Assembly (NCBI GenBank): GCA_019056875.1
Contig: DXJA01000471.1
Coordinates: 1 to 34,298, forward strand
DNA: 34,298 bases
Direction of reading: 5' to 3'
DNA from: Candidatus Jordarchaeum madagascarense
GTDB taxonomy: Archaea; Asgardarchaeota; Jordiarchaeia; Jordiarchaeales; Jordiarchaeaceae
In this document: one piece after another, positions 9,060 to 17,584 of the stretch
Position numbering within the stretch: the stretch's first letter is position 1
Layout of the letters: each line of letters starts with the position of its first letter
The notes under the pieces: generated by a model
What the model saw: the letters and a program-made list of their open reading frames with translations, nothing else
The model's database searches: none
What the model was told of the DNA's origin: nothing
Program-made: the position numbers and the translations under genes

Positions 9060-10916
9060 CTATTCATTTAATAAACCGAAATAATCTTCAATTGAGCCCG
9101 TTGGTTTTAGCTGGTTCAGCGGCTTCTCACCAGTCTGGTCTATAATGAGTTTCTCTAGCTGCTTCGGAGACTCATAGTCAATTTTGCTGCTTATCCCTCC
9201 GTCGCGTGAAACAATGATCTGAGCCTTACCATTAACAGCACGTTCATAAGTTCCAATGGGCACACCGGGATATTTCTGAACCAGTTCTTCAACAACGCTC
9301 ATCACTTCCGTGCTCTGAGTAATTATCAGAAAAGCAGGATAATCCACTAATCCCTTCCTAGAATCAATAAGATTTTTCAATAGGCCCTTTATATTCTCCT
9401 CAACACACATTACCTCCACAACAGAGTCACAACTTATTATATCGGACTCAGTTGAAACTGTGCTAATAGATTCCTTTAACCCAGTTTTAGAAGCAACTTT
9501 CTCTCTACTCTTTTTGGCGGCTTTGCTCTTTGAGGGCTTCTTTACATTTGAAGTCTTCACCGTTCGCTCAAGGGGTATGATCTTCGGATCTTTCCCGTTC
9601 AATGTAGGTAACTCCCTTTGGATTTCCGGAGCACTTTTCTTAGTAGATTTGTCCTCAAATGTGGCAGTTGCTATCACTGAAGACCGTAGGGTGGCGAGCA
9701 GCTCTTGAGCATACTCGTTTAATCCTGCCAGCTCTGCCTCAGTAATTTTCTTAGAATTTATTGTTCGGTCATAGAATTGCTTAAACCGGTTGTAATCCAC
9801 TCCGGTCTTTTCAAAAACAAGCTCCCCAACTTTGAGAATATCACCAAACACTTGGTTTCCTGTCAATTTCACGTAGGCGTCCTTTAAGGCGCAAATCACC
9901 GCGTTATTCAAGTGAATGGCGGATTCTTCCCAATCTCCTTCTGCATATGTTTTTTGGGCTATATTCAATAGATCATCTACTTGCTGGGTATGGGATACGG
10001 TATTTTTTTTACTAGTAGTAATTAGCGGTTCAACGGGTTTTTTAATCCGAGTTTCTGTTGAGGGTTCTTCGCGGATAAAGGGTTGAGACGTGGATATTGA
10101 GTCTATTTGCTCGACGCCAAACTTTTTTGATATTCCTTCTGGTAGTTTTTGAAATGCGGCTAGCTCCTCCCTCAACAGTTTCTTGAATCTGGCAACTCCT
10201 GACTCGTGTATAATTATTGATCCGATAAGGGTTACTACTAAAAGAATGGAATCTACAACCATCAATGATTGGAAGAAGGATCCTGTGAGATTGAAAAATA
10301 GGAATGGAACGAGTGTAGCAATAAGTAAAATGGTGATGATTAACCCGCTTCTTGCACGAGAGTAGGCTTTGTTTAAGACTTCCCCCTTATTAGGTTTAAA
10401 AATTCTTTTAGCCTTTTTCAACACCACTTTCTTTCTGCTTTCCAGCACAGAGGATAAATTGGATATGGGAACAATCTCAACCGAATCACGCTTGTCATCA
10501 CCCTCACCGCGAGATCCACTTACCAAGAATTTATCGGCTACTATCATGGCTTGTTTGCCCATATAGTAGGGTGTTTTCACACCGAAGAGGTTTCTAAGCT
10601 CTAAGCCCCTGATGAGAGAATTCGGAATGTTAACCAACCGATATAGCAAAACATGTGATAATTTGGATACCGTTCCTCTGTCCTCTCTTATTTTTTCCAC
10701 GGCGGTAGTCTTGTATATAATGAGGTCAAGAGCATTGTACCTCTTTCCTATATGGATTTTACAAGCCACACTCACCTGGCCCTTCTCATAAGACATGATG
10801 CGATAGCCGTTATCCGAAAAAATACTCGAAGCTTTCTCGCCACGGGATGCTTCCCTTTCTATCTGCCTTGTCGTTTCATGTTCCCTCCTTAATTTACATC
10901 CTTTTAGTGGTTTCAC
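9060..10916 (-). CDS. hypothetical membrane protein (two central TM helices)
   Basis: 618-aa ORF. Its GTG start overlaps the stop of the upstream HTH gene (GTGA). The hydrophobic pair is GLIITILLIATLVPFLFFNL / LMVVDSILLVVTLIGSIIIH. I recognise no catalytic motif. Confidence 0.55.
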   Translation of the reverse strand: MKPLKGCKLRREHETTRQIEREASRGEKASSIFSDNGYRIMSYEKGQVSVACKIHIGKRYNALDLIIYKTTAVEKIREDRGTVSKLSHVLLYRLVNIPNSLIRGLELRNLFGVKTPYYMGKQAMIVADKFLVSGSRGEGDDKRDSVEIVPISNLSSVLESRKKVVLKKAKRIFKPNKGEVLNKAYSRARSGLIITILLIATLVPFLFFNLTGSFFQSLMVVDSILLVVTLIGSIIIHESGVARFKKLLREELAAFQKLPEGISKKFGVEQIDSISTSQPFIREEPSTETRIKKPVEPLITTSKKNTVSHTQQVDDLLNIAQKTYAEGDWEESAIHLNNAVICALKDAYVKLTGNQVFGDILKVGELVFEKTGVDYNRFKQFYDRTINSKKITEAELAGLNEYAQELLATLRSSVIATATFEDKSTKKSAPEIQRELPTLNGKDPKIIPLERTVKTSNVKKPSKSKAAKKSREKVASKTGLKESISTVSTESDIISCDSVVEVMCVEENIKGLLKNLIDSRKGLVDYPAFLIITQSTEVMSVVEELVQKYPGVPIGTYERAVNGKAQIIVSRDGGISSKIDYESPKQLEKLIIDQTGEKPLNQLKPTGSIEDYFGLLNE

Positions 10917-11227
10917 ATAGGTGGTCCACCTGATGACGGGGGTAGAAAGGAATACTTCTCACCTCGACTCCTGTTTTCCGAATTATCCTTCGACCCTTCT
11001 CGTGATGACTGTTCGCGAGAACAATCTCTATTTAGAGTCAGTCCCAGTCTCCTAGCATGTCTCAGTACTGTTACTTCAGACACCTTGAGCCGCTCGGCGA
11101 TTTCGCTCAGAGTTAATCCTTGGCTGTGCAGCTGTATTAGCTCATCATCAGTAAACTTCCTACTCGAGGTCACAGGACGCACCTGAGAGGTTTTAAGGTC
11201 AGTAAACCCTTTATAAATGCTAACCAT
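10913..11227 (-). CDS. small helix-turn-helix DNA-binding protein
   Basis: LTLSEIAERLKVSEVTVLRHARRLGL is a classic HTH (sigma-70 region 4 / resolvase-like pattern). The C-terminal tail is basic and disordered. It is translationally coupled to the 618-aa ORF. Confidence 0.6.
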   Translation of the reverse strand: MVSIYKGFTDLKTSQVRPVTSSRKFTDDELIQLHSQGLTLSEIAERLKVSEVTVLRHARRLGLTLNRDCSREQSSREGSKDNSENRSRGEKYSFLPPSSGGPPM

Positions 11228-12115
11228 GGCTTTCGAGGACGATTTTTTATGTCGTTTGGGGCTTTTATTTAGCTCCGAATAATTTTTAAATAGTATTTTA
11301 AACTTATTTACAAATTTTCTTTCATAATTTCTCTTTATTTTGATATCTGAGTGTTATTACAATCTATTTTTATACAGAAAAAGTCTGCTAATGGATTTGA
11401 AAAAACGCCATGTGCAAAAAATATTCAAAAAATGCCCCAAAAATGACATAAAACTGTACATTGCAAAAACAGGGCCAAGAAGAGAGTATTATAAATATGA
11501 GCCTTTTTCCCAACACAGTATAAAAATGCACGCCAGCCGTCTCAACCCTGTTCCCCAGATCGAGGGCATATGTTGTACGAATAGAGGGTTGCTCCAAACC
11601 GGATTAATAGAAGGATTTCCAAGAATTCGATACAATGGAGCCTATTCTAAAACATTTATTGTAGTTTTGTTTCTCGCTGTGGCTTTTGCTGTCTTTTTTC
11701 TTTGGATGACAGAAATATATCATTTTTAGGGTTGTTTTTGAATATTTTTTGCATTTGTTGGCTCCACCGGTTTAACCACCACTTCTATTCATATAGGAAA
11801 TAGAGCCTAATAACTAGCAAAAATGAAAACAAGAGTTAAAAATTTGATTAAAATTGAAAAAGAATGTTAAAATTAATTTGAATAAAAAAATAAGCTTAAG
11901 TAATCCTCAAATCGATGAAAAAAAAGGTCGTGAAAAAAGGGTAACAGCCTTTATAAAGGAAAAATTGAACCTAACAAACTCGGGTGCGGCTCAAATATAC
12001 AAGTTTACATTACCACCCCCTACTAGCCACCCTAAAGCATTGTTATTCGAATTCAAGAACCGCACCCTAACAAACAATCACTAAACCCTTAAAAAAAATT
12101 GATTTGGTGAAAAAA

Positions 12116-12400
12116 ATGCCCGAAGTCTATTGCAAGGTTTTAAAAAGAAAGGTCGATGGAGGATACTGCGCCTTCATATGCGAGCTTCCAGAAACCGAAA
12201 AAAGTATCATTTACAACCCCTTCAGGGGTATCTACGCGGATTGCAGCTTCAATAAGGAACTCTCAGAATCAGATTCGGTGAGCAAAAAAATTACAACCGT
12301 TGTAAAAAAATCTGAGCCGGAAAACGACGAGGAACTTAGCCTGAAAATTCCCCAATCAGTAATCCTCAAATTAATAAAAGTATTGGAGGGGGACCAATAA
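12116..12400 (+). CDS. small Cys-containing protein coupled to radA
   Basis: 94 aa counting from ATG 12116 (MPEVYCKVLKRKVDGGYCAFICELPE...DCSF). Its stop overlaps the radA start (TAATG at 12398-12402). The radA SD (GGAGGGGG, 12385-12392) lies inside its 3' end. Confidence 0.5.
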   Translation: MPEVYCKVLKRKVDGGYCAFICELPETEKSIIYNPFRGIYADCSFNKELSESDSVSKKITTVVKKSEPENDEELSLKIPQSVILKLIKVLEGDQ

Positions 12401-13467
12401 TGGACTTGACTAACGTTAAGGGTGTGGGACCGGAAAAATCGCGGAAACTCATGAGCGCCGGCTACGGTACTGTGGAGAGCATCGCCTTCTCCTCACCCCG
12501 GGACATCTCCATGGATACCGGCATACCAGAGGATACAGTCAGAGCAATCATAACAGCAGCCAAAATGATTGTTCGCTCCAAGGAAAGTACGAAGGGAGGA
12601 AAACTAGTAGAAATTCTCTCAGGTAAAGACGCCAAGAAAATCCTAGGAAGCATGGATCACATAACTACTGGTCTTAAAGGACTCGACCAAATACTGGGTG
12701 GAGGCATAGAAACCTGTGCGGTTTCCGAGTTTTATGGACCCGCCAAGGCCGGCAAGACCCAGATATGCCACCAGCTCTGCGTCACTGTCCAGCTTCCCAA
12801 GGAGGCAGGAGGCCTCGAAGCCCCCGCCCTATACATCGATACCGAGAGGACTATGAAATACGAACATATCAAAAGCGTAGCGGAGAGATTTGGTTTGGAT
12901 CCAGACATGGCAAGTGACAACGTTTTTTACGCCTACGCCATGAACAGTGAGGCCCTTTACGAAACAGTGCACAAGAGTCTGGATGAGGTGGTTCAAAACC
13001 GGGGAATCAAACTCGTGGTGGTGGACTGCCTAACCGGACACTTCAGAGCGGAATATTGTGGTAGAGAGAGTTTGCCCACAAGACAGCAAAAACTAAACCG
13101 AATAATCCATGATCTTCTGAGAATCGCGGTCTCTCAGGATCTTGCGGTTGTGGTGACCAACCAAGTTCACTCTCAGCCCGACCTGTATGGCAAGAGTGAG
13201 AATCCCATTGGGGGACACACTGTGGCTCATGGGGTCACCTTCAGGCTAGGATTGAGCACAAGAAAACACAATATGAGGATTGTAACCGTGGTGGATGCTC
13301 CAGCATTACCCCCAGACGAGGCTTACTTTGCGATAACCACACGAGGCCTAATCGATATAACTGCCAAGGATCTGAGTTCCAAGGCTCCCATAGGATTCTC
13401 CGAAGCCGAAGAAGAGGAGGAGAAAGAAGTCAAGAAAATGGAGGAAGCGGAAACAATCATAGAATAG
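12400..13467 (+). CDS. radA: DNA repair and recombination protein RadA
   Basis: N-terminal HhH domain (VKGVGPEKSRKLMSAGYGTVESIA), Walker A GPAKAGKTQ, ALYIDTE, Walker B KLVVVDCL, and NQVHSQPD...NPIGGHTVAH. Confidence 0.93.
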   Translation: MDLTNVKGVGPEKSRKLMSAGYGTVESIAFSSPRDISMDTGIPEDTVRAIITAAKMIVRSKESTKGGKLVEILSGKDAKKILGSMDHITTGLKGLDQILGGGIETCAVSEFYGPAKAGKTQICHQLCVTVQLPKEAGGLEAPALYIDTERTMKYEHIKSVAERFGLDPDMASDNVFYAYAMNSEALYETVHKSLDEVVQNRGIKLVVVDCLTGHFRAEYCGRESLPTRQQKLNRIIHDLLRIAVSQDLAVVVTNQVHSQPDLYGKSENPIGGHTVAHGVTFRLGLSTRKHNMRIVTVVDAPALPPDEAYFAITTRGLIDITAKDLSSKAPIGFSEAEEEEEKEVKKMEEAETIIE

Positions 13468-13488
13468 ATTAGCGTAGAGGAATGTGGT

Positions 13489-16092
13489 GTGTGGAAACGG
13501 GGATTAAGTCTGGCGCTGGTTTCTTTCATATTGGTCTTGATGATTTCCGGTCTTTTTACAAGCGTTAGTCTATCCCCCGTTTTTACAGTTCAATCCAGTA
13601 ACACGGTTCAATCCGGCTATATTCCAAAATCGGTGGTGAATGTTGCTTACCTCACCAATCAATCTAGTGTTCAAAAATGGGAGAAATACTTCACAAGCAA
13701 TTCTAGTCAAGCCAATCTGCAAAGTGTAATTGGTTTTCTCGCGGGTCTCGGCACTCGGCACACATCTAGACCAGAATGTAACACCTCAGCAGATTACATC
13801 TTCACCACTCTTCAATCCTATGGTTATTCCCCCTCAAGAGACTATTTCTCGGTTATTTGGCAGGGAGTTCCATACACTACCCAGAACATATACTGTGTCA
13901 AGCCTTCCGCTTCACCGGATGTAATTCTTTTTGCCTGTCACTACGATTCGATAAGAGTTACAAGAATAGGAGAAACAATCATCGGAATACAGAACACTAA
14001 CTGTCCCGGCGCGGTGGACGATGCGGCTGGCGTGGCGGCGCTTTTAGAGGTCGCTAGGCTGCTGGCAGACGTGAGTCTTGACAAGACCTTGGTTTTCGCC
14101 TTTTTGAGCGGAGAGGAGGGAAACAGCACATCGGAACACTGGTTCGGCTCAGAGCAACTGATCAATCAGGGGTACAGCCTGTTCACCTCCCAATTCTCAA
14201 ACATAAAAAGAGTAATATACTTAGACACTCTTGGAGAGCCTCCATACGGGGAGCCACACGGGAACATAACGATTTACTCAAACATCCTAGTGTTTCCGAA
14301 TACAGTTCCTCTTATCGGTGCCGCATCTGACCTAGGTATCAATGTTGTGTCAGAAATTAATCCTAGAGTGTCCTCAAGTTTAGAGGCTCAAAAACAGTTC
14401 TGTTCTGAGTGGAGACTACAATTAGCTATACCCACGGTGACCATCTCTCAAGAGAACTGGGCTTTAGCTACGAGCGACAGACTCACATCAGTTGACACCG
14501 CTTCCATAGTTGATTACACATTCGTTGAAAACGTCACCAAAATCGTCACAGCCTCAATAATAAGAGAGTTCTACAATATCCCACCAAGCTCCACCAGCTA
14601 CAAGACTGAGTGGAGTGAAATCACAAATCAATACTCAAATAAAATAAATCTCTTTGAGCGAGATTATTCCGAATACCTAGCCAGCCCGAATTCCGACGTG
14701 ATAATAATCGGACCCGAGCTGAACTTTTCAAACCCAGAACTCCAGCAACTGGTTGCAATAAATAAGCCCATAATCTGCACCGGGGAGAACGGGGCGGAAT
14801 TACTCAATAGTTTAGGAGCCGGAGTAACCAGCGTATCTACCGACACTGATTACGTTTCATTAACAAGAGCGGATTTATTCTTTCATCCGGTATGGGAAAA
14901 CGTGGAGCAAAACATCACCGTTGCAATCAATCAGGGTGACTCAACCCTGCTCATCGGCGGTAGCAACCTTTTCTCGTTCTTAGAATATGAAGGAGACTGC
15001 TGGCTGGGATTTTATTACGGTCACCCATCACTCAGGTATGTGTTTTATTTTGGGAGAGATGATCCGGCTAATCTCAGCGGTCAAGCAAAACACATTCTAA
15101 GCAACCTGATTTCTTGGGGTTCCAAGCAGGAGGAACACGTATTGCAGCTCCAACCCCAAAATATTGTGGCTGGTGAAAGGGTCAACCTCATCATGGCCAT
15201 AAGGAGTGCTCTAAGCTGGGAGGTTGTTGAGGCTGACACCGTGAACCTAACAGTAACACAAAACGGTGAGCAAGTATATCACGGTTCTCTTTCCACGTCG
15301 AGTGGCTACTTTAGCGTCGATCTCATACTAAACTTGGGTGATTGCATCTTTACGGCTTCCACTGGCTCTATTTCCACAACAAGAAAACTAGTTGTAGTGG
15401 CACCGTTTAGGGTTCAAATCTATTCTCCCTTTACCTCGGTTCAGAATCAATACTTTCCGTTGGCTCTAAGAATAGATAGCCTCTCATCCTCGGAGCAAAA
15501 GCTCAATATCTTTATCCCCGAACTTCAGGTCTTTACCCCGGTTAATCTTCCACCAAATGAGTCTGTGATGCTCTACATTCCCGCAGTTTATAACCCCGCA
15601 TCTCCCTATGAACAGGGTGCACACCTATTCACGGTTTTGGTTCAAGGCCTTTATCCCTTCGTTTCAGCTCTCCCAGTGCTGATTTCTCTCTCAGCTAGAA
15701 ACCTGATTCTGGGGTACCTTTTGCCCCTTATCGCTCTACTGGCTGTTGGTATACTTGTCTACAGGAGGATATACTTGGTTAAACCTCCAAGGTCTATTCA
15801 GTTTCGGGAAGCCAAGAGGGTAGAGAGGAGAAAGTATTTTGATTTGTTTGTTTTGGAAGACACTCAAGAAATTGAAGCGTTTAAAGATGAACTTAAAGAA
15901 ATGGGATTCGAAGAAAAGGTGGAAAACCGCTTCTATAATCCCGAGGCAATAGTTGAGATTCAAATCAAAGACAAAGAAACACACGTTAGAATTTTTTCGT
16001 CCCAAAGTGAGTTTTATAGAATGATAAATGGACTGAAACTATCCCAAGTGGAATTTGAGTTTGAAGGAGGTCTTGAGAATAATGTGGGGTGA
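13489..16092 (+). CDS. membrane-anchored surface protein with an M28-family peptidase domain
   Basis: N-terminal signal/anchor (LALVSFILVLMISGLF). M28 zinc-ligand blocks ACHYDS, GAVDDAAGVAALLEVARLL and FAFLSGEEGN. Many NxS/T sequons. C-terminal TM helix (LILGYLLPLIALLAVGILVY) followed by a cytoplasmic tail of about 110 aa. Confidence 0.8.
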   Translation: MWKRGLSLALVSFILVLMISGLFTSVSLSPVFTVQSSNTVQSGYIPKSVVNVAYLTNQSSVQKWEKYFTSNSSQANLQSVIGFLAGLGTRHTSRPECNTSADYIFTTLQSYGYSPSRDYFSVIWQGVPYTTQNIYCVKPSASPDVILFACHYDSIRVTRIGETIIGIQNTNCPGAVDDAAGVAALLEVARLLADVSLDKTLVFAFLSGEEGNSTSEHWFGSEQLINQGYSLFTSQFSNIKRVIYLDTLGEPPYGEPHGNITIYSNILVFPNTVPLIGAASDLGINVVSEINPRVSSSLEAQKQFCSEWRLQLAIPTVTISQENWALATSDRLTSVDTASIVDYTFVENVTKIVTASIIREFYNIPPSSTSYKTEWSEITNQYSNKINLFERDYSEYLASPNSDVIIIGPELNFSNPELQQLVAINKPIICTGENGAELLNSLGAGVTSVSTDTDYVSLTRADLFFHPVWENVEQNITVAINQGDSTLLIGGSNLFSFLEYEGDCWLGFYYGHPSLRYVFYFGRDDPANLSGQAKHILSNLISWGSKQEEHVLQLQPQNIVAGERVNLIMAIRSALSWEVVEADTVNLTVTQNGEQVYHGSLSTSSGYFSVDLILNLGDCIFTASTGSISTTRKLVVVAPFRVQIYSPFTSVQNQYFPLALRIDSLSSSEQKLNIFIPELQVFTPVNLPPNESVMLYIPAVYNPASPYEQGAHLFTVLVQGLYPFVSALPVLISLSARNLILGYLLPLIALLAVGILVYRRIYLVKPPRSIQFREAKRVERRKYFDLFVLEDTQEIEAFKDELKEMGFEEKVENRFYNPEAIVEIQIKDKETHVRIFSSQSEFYRMINGLKLSQVEFEFEGGLENNVG

Positions 16093-16531
16093 AGAACTGT
16101 TAAATTGGATAATGGGCTTTCTACTATTCGACGGCATCATAATTGTTATCACTTTCCTTCTCGTGTTTTTGGGCCTAAAAGTTGCCATGGTGCTTCTGGG
16201 AGCTGAGGAAACCAAAACGGTACCCTTGGTTCCATCCAAGACTCAATGGTCAAAAAGAGCTAATCCCTACGTTCAGATAGCAGAAGCACTGGAAGAGGGG
16301 GATCAAGCCGCGTTATTATGGCTGATGAATCAAAACACCCTGAGAAACAAGATTTCCAGAACTCTGAACGCTGTTGCAGTGGACGCGTTTTTGGGCATCG
16401 CTGCCCTGTTATCCGTTATAAGTGTGTATATCAAGATTAGGGCTCTGCCGGTTCAGGACTGGATTGTGATTCTCATGGCTATAGCGGCTATAATTCTTGT
16501 GGTTATTTCATATTGGAGGGTGAAAGATTGA
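16082..16531 (+). CDS. small polytopic membrane protein
   Basis: The ATG at 16082 has AAGGAGG (16064-16070) 11 nt upstream and overlaps the M28 gene stop (ATGtggggTGA). There are three to four hydrophobic helices. The longest ORF begins at TTG 16055. Confidence 0.55.
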   Translation: MWGEELLNWIMGFLLFDGIIIVITFLLVFLGLKVAMVLLGAEETKTVPLVPSKTQWSKRANPYVQIAEALEEGDQAALLWLMNQNTLRNKISRTLNAVAVDAFLGIAALLSVISVYIKIRALPVQDWIVILMAIAAIILVVISYWRVKD

Positions 16532-16655
16532 CAATAACCAGAATCCGAATACTTAACAGATCTAAAAATCATCAAATTGGAAACATCCCAATTGGAAGGG
16601 AGTCCACAATGATTCCCAGATTGAATGTTCAAGAATTGAGGAGGTTTAGATAGAA

Positions 16656-17579
16656 GTGCCGACTGAAAAATTAAAAGCCAAAGATGTGGAGATGGAAGCG
16701 GCCAGAGAAAAGTTCAAAGCCAAAAGAGTAGAGGTTGAAACAAAAATTGGGGAAGATGAGGAAAGAAAGGAACTCATTGAATCTTACGTTGAGTGGGGTG
16801 ATCGAAACGCCAAACTCTTCAGCCTCTTGAACGTAGCCAAGTTCATGGTCGTAGCCACCGTCCTTTTGCTATCCTACATTGTATCATCAATATACTTTCC
16901 ATACCCCTACTGGGTAATTCTAACCATTGTATGCACCTACATCTCAATGTGCGCAGTTAACCCAAAGTTTGCATCCCCCATTCTCAAACTGCTAAGCCAT
17001 GGAAAGTGGCCCAACAAAGAAAAATTCTCCCTGGTAGATCCACTACAGGACGTAACCTTCTTCTTCATGGGCGGAGAGGATTCAGTTCTAATAATGCGTG
17101 ACAGCTACAAGCTAGCCGCCTACGCCATGATGAAGGTGGAAGAAATCCCCCTCAGCATAAGAGGCAGCTTCAACTACTTCTTCCGCACACTCTACCTTCA
17201 AAAAGTCCCAGTAATCTACTTCGTGGAAAGCAGCCCGGTTTCTGAGAGAACAGTAAGATTCCTTCCGAACCTAGAGGAAGGCAGTCGTCAATCCATTTCA
17301 AAGAGGGACAAATCGAGGAGAAAAACCTGGCTCTGGGGAGGAGGAGGCGTCTGGACAACCCGCATAGTTCTGGGAACCAAAAAAGAAATAATAGCCCCAG
17401 TACGTCTCGACCACTCAATTGGGAAACTTGTTGAAGAAGTGAAAATGAACGCGTTTTCACTAGCCACAGCATTTGAGAACTCTTATCCTCACTGCAAAAT
17501 CGAACCCTTGGTGGGTGAATCCCTGCTAGATGCTACTAAGGCCATGCTAACCGGTGGTGGAGTGTCCCATTTTTTCTAA
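16656..17579 (+). CDS. membrane protein (two TM helices plus a soluble domain), possible N-terminal half of a split VirB4/HerA-like protein
   Basis: GTG start with GGAGG (16640-16644) 11 nt upstream. Hydrophobic segment FMVVATVLLLSYIVSSIYFPYPYWVILTIVCTYISMCAV. It ends 5 nt before the NTPase ORF. Confidence 0.6.
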   Translation: MPTEKLKAKDVEMEAAREKFKAKRVEVETKIGEDEERKELIESYVEWGDRNAKLFSLLNVAKFMVVATVLLLSYIVSSIYFPYPYWVILTIVCTYISMCAVNPKFASPILKLLSHGKWPNKEKFSLVDPLQDVTFFFMGGEDSVLIMRDSYKLAAYAMMKVEEIPLSIRGSFNYFFRTLYLQKVPVIYFVESSPVSERTVRFLPNLEEGSRQSISKRDKSRRKTWLWGGGGVWTTRIVLGTKKEIIAPVRLDHSIGKLVEEVKMNAFSLATAFENSYPHCKIEPLVGESLLDATKAMLTGGGVSHFF

Positions 17580-17584
17580 CCGGG

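Noticed and set aside
11340-11729. 129-aa ORF (112 aa from ATG 11391) in the long A/T-rich spacer, with a basic N-terminus and one C-terminal hydrophobic helix.
   Set aside because: It has no SD at either candidate start and lies in very A/T-rich sequence, where open frames rich in K/I/F/Y arise easily. I cannot support it as a gene from sequence alone. It could be revisited with expression data.
11982-12067. tRNA-like impression: an 86-nt segment closed by an 8-bp GC-rich terminal stem and containing TTCGAAT (T-loop-like).
   Set aside because: The bases flanking TTCGAAT cannot form a T stem, no D arm or anticodon arm can be drawn, and the interior is far too A/T-rich for an archaeal tRNA.
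11854-12084. 76-aa ORF in the spacer upstream of the radA operon.
   Set aside because: It has only a TTG start, is K/N-rich and low-complexity, and has no SD. It overlaps the GC-rich complementary pair, which more likely marks RNA structure.
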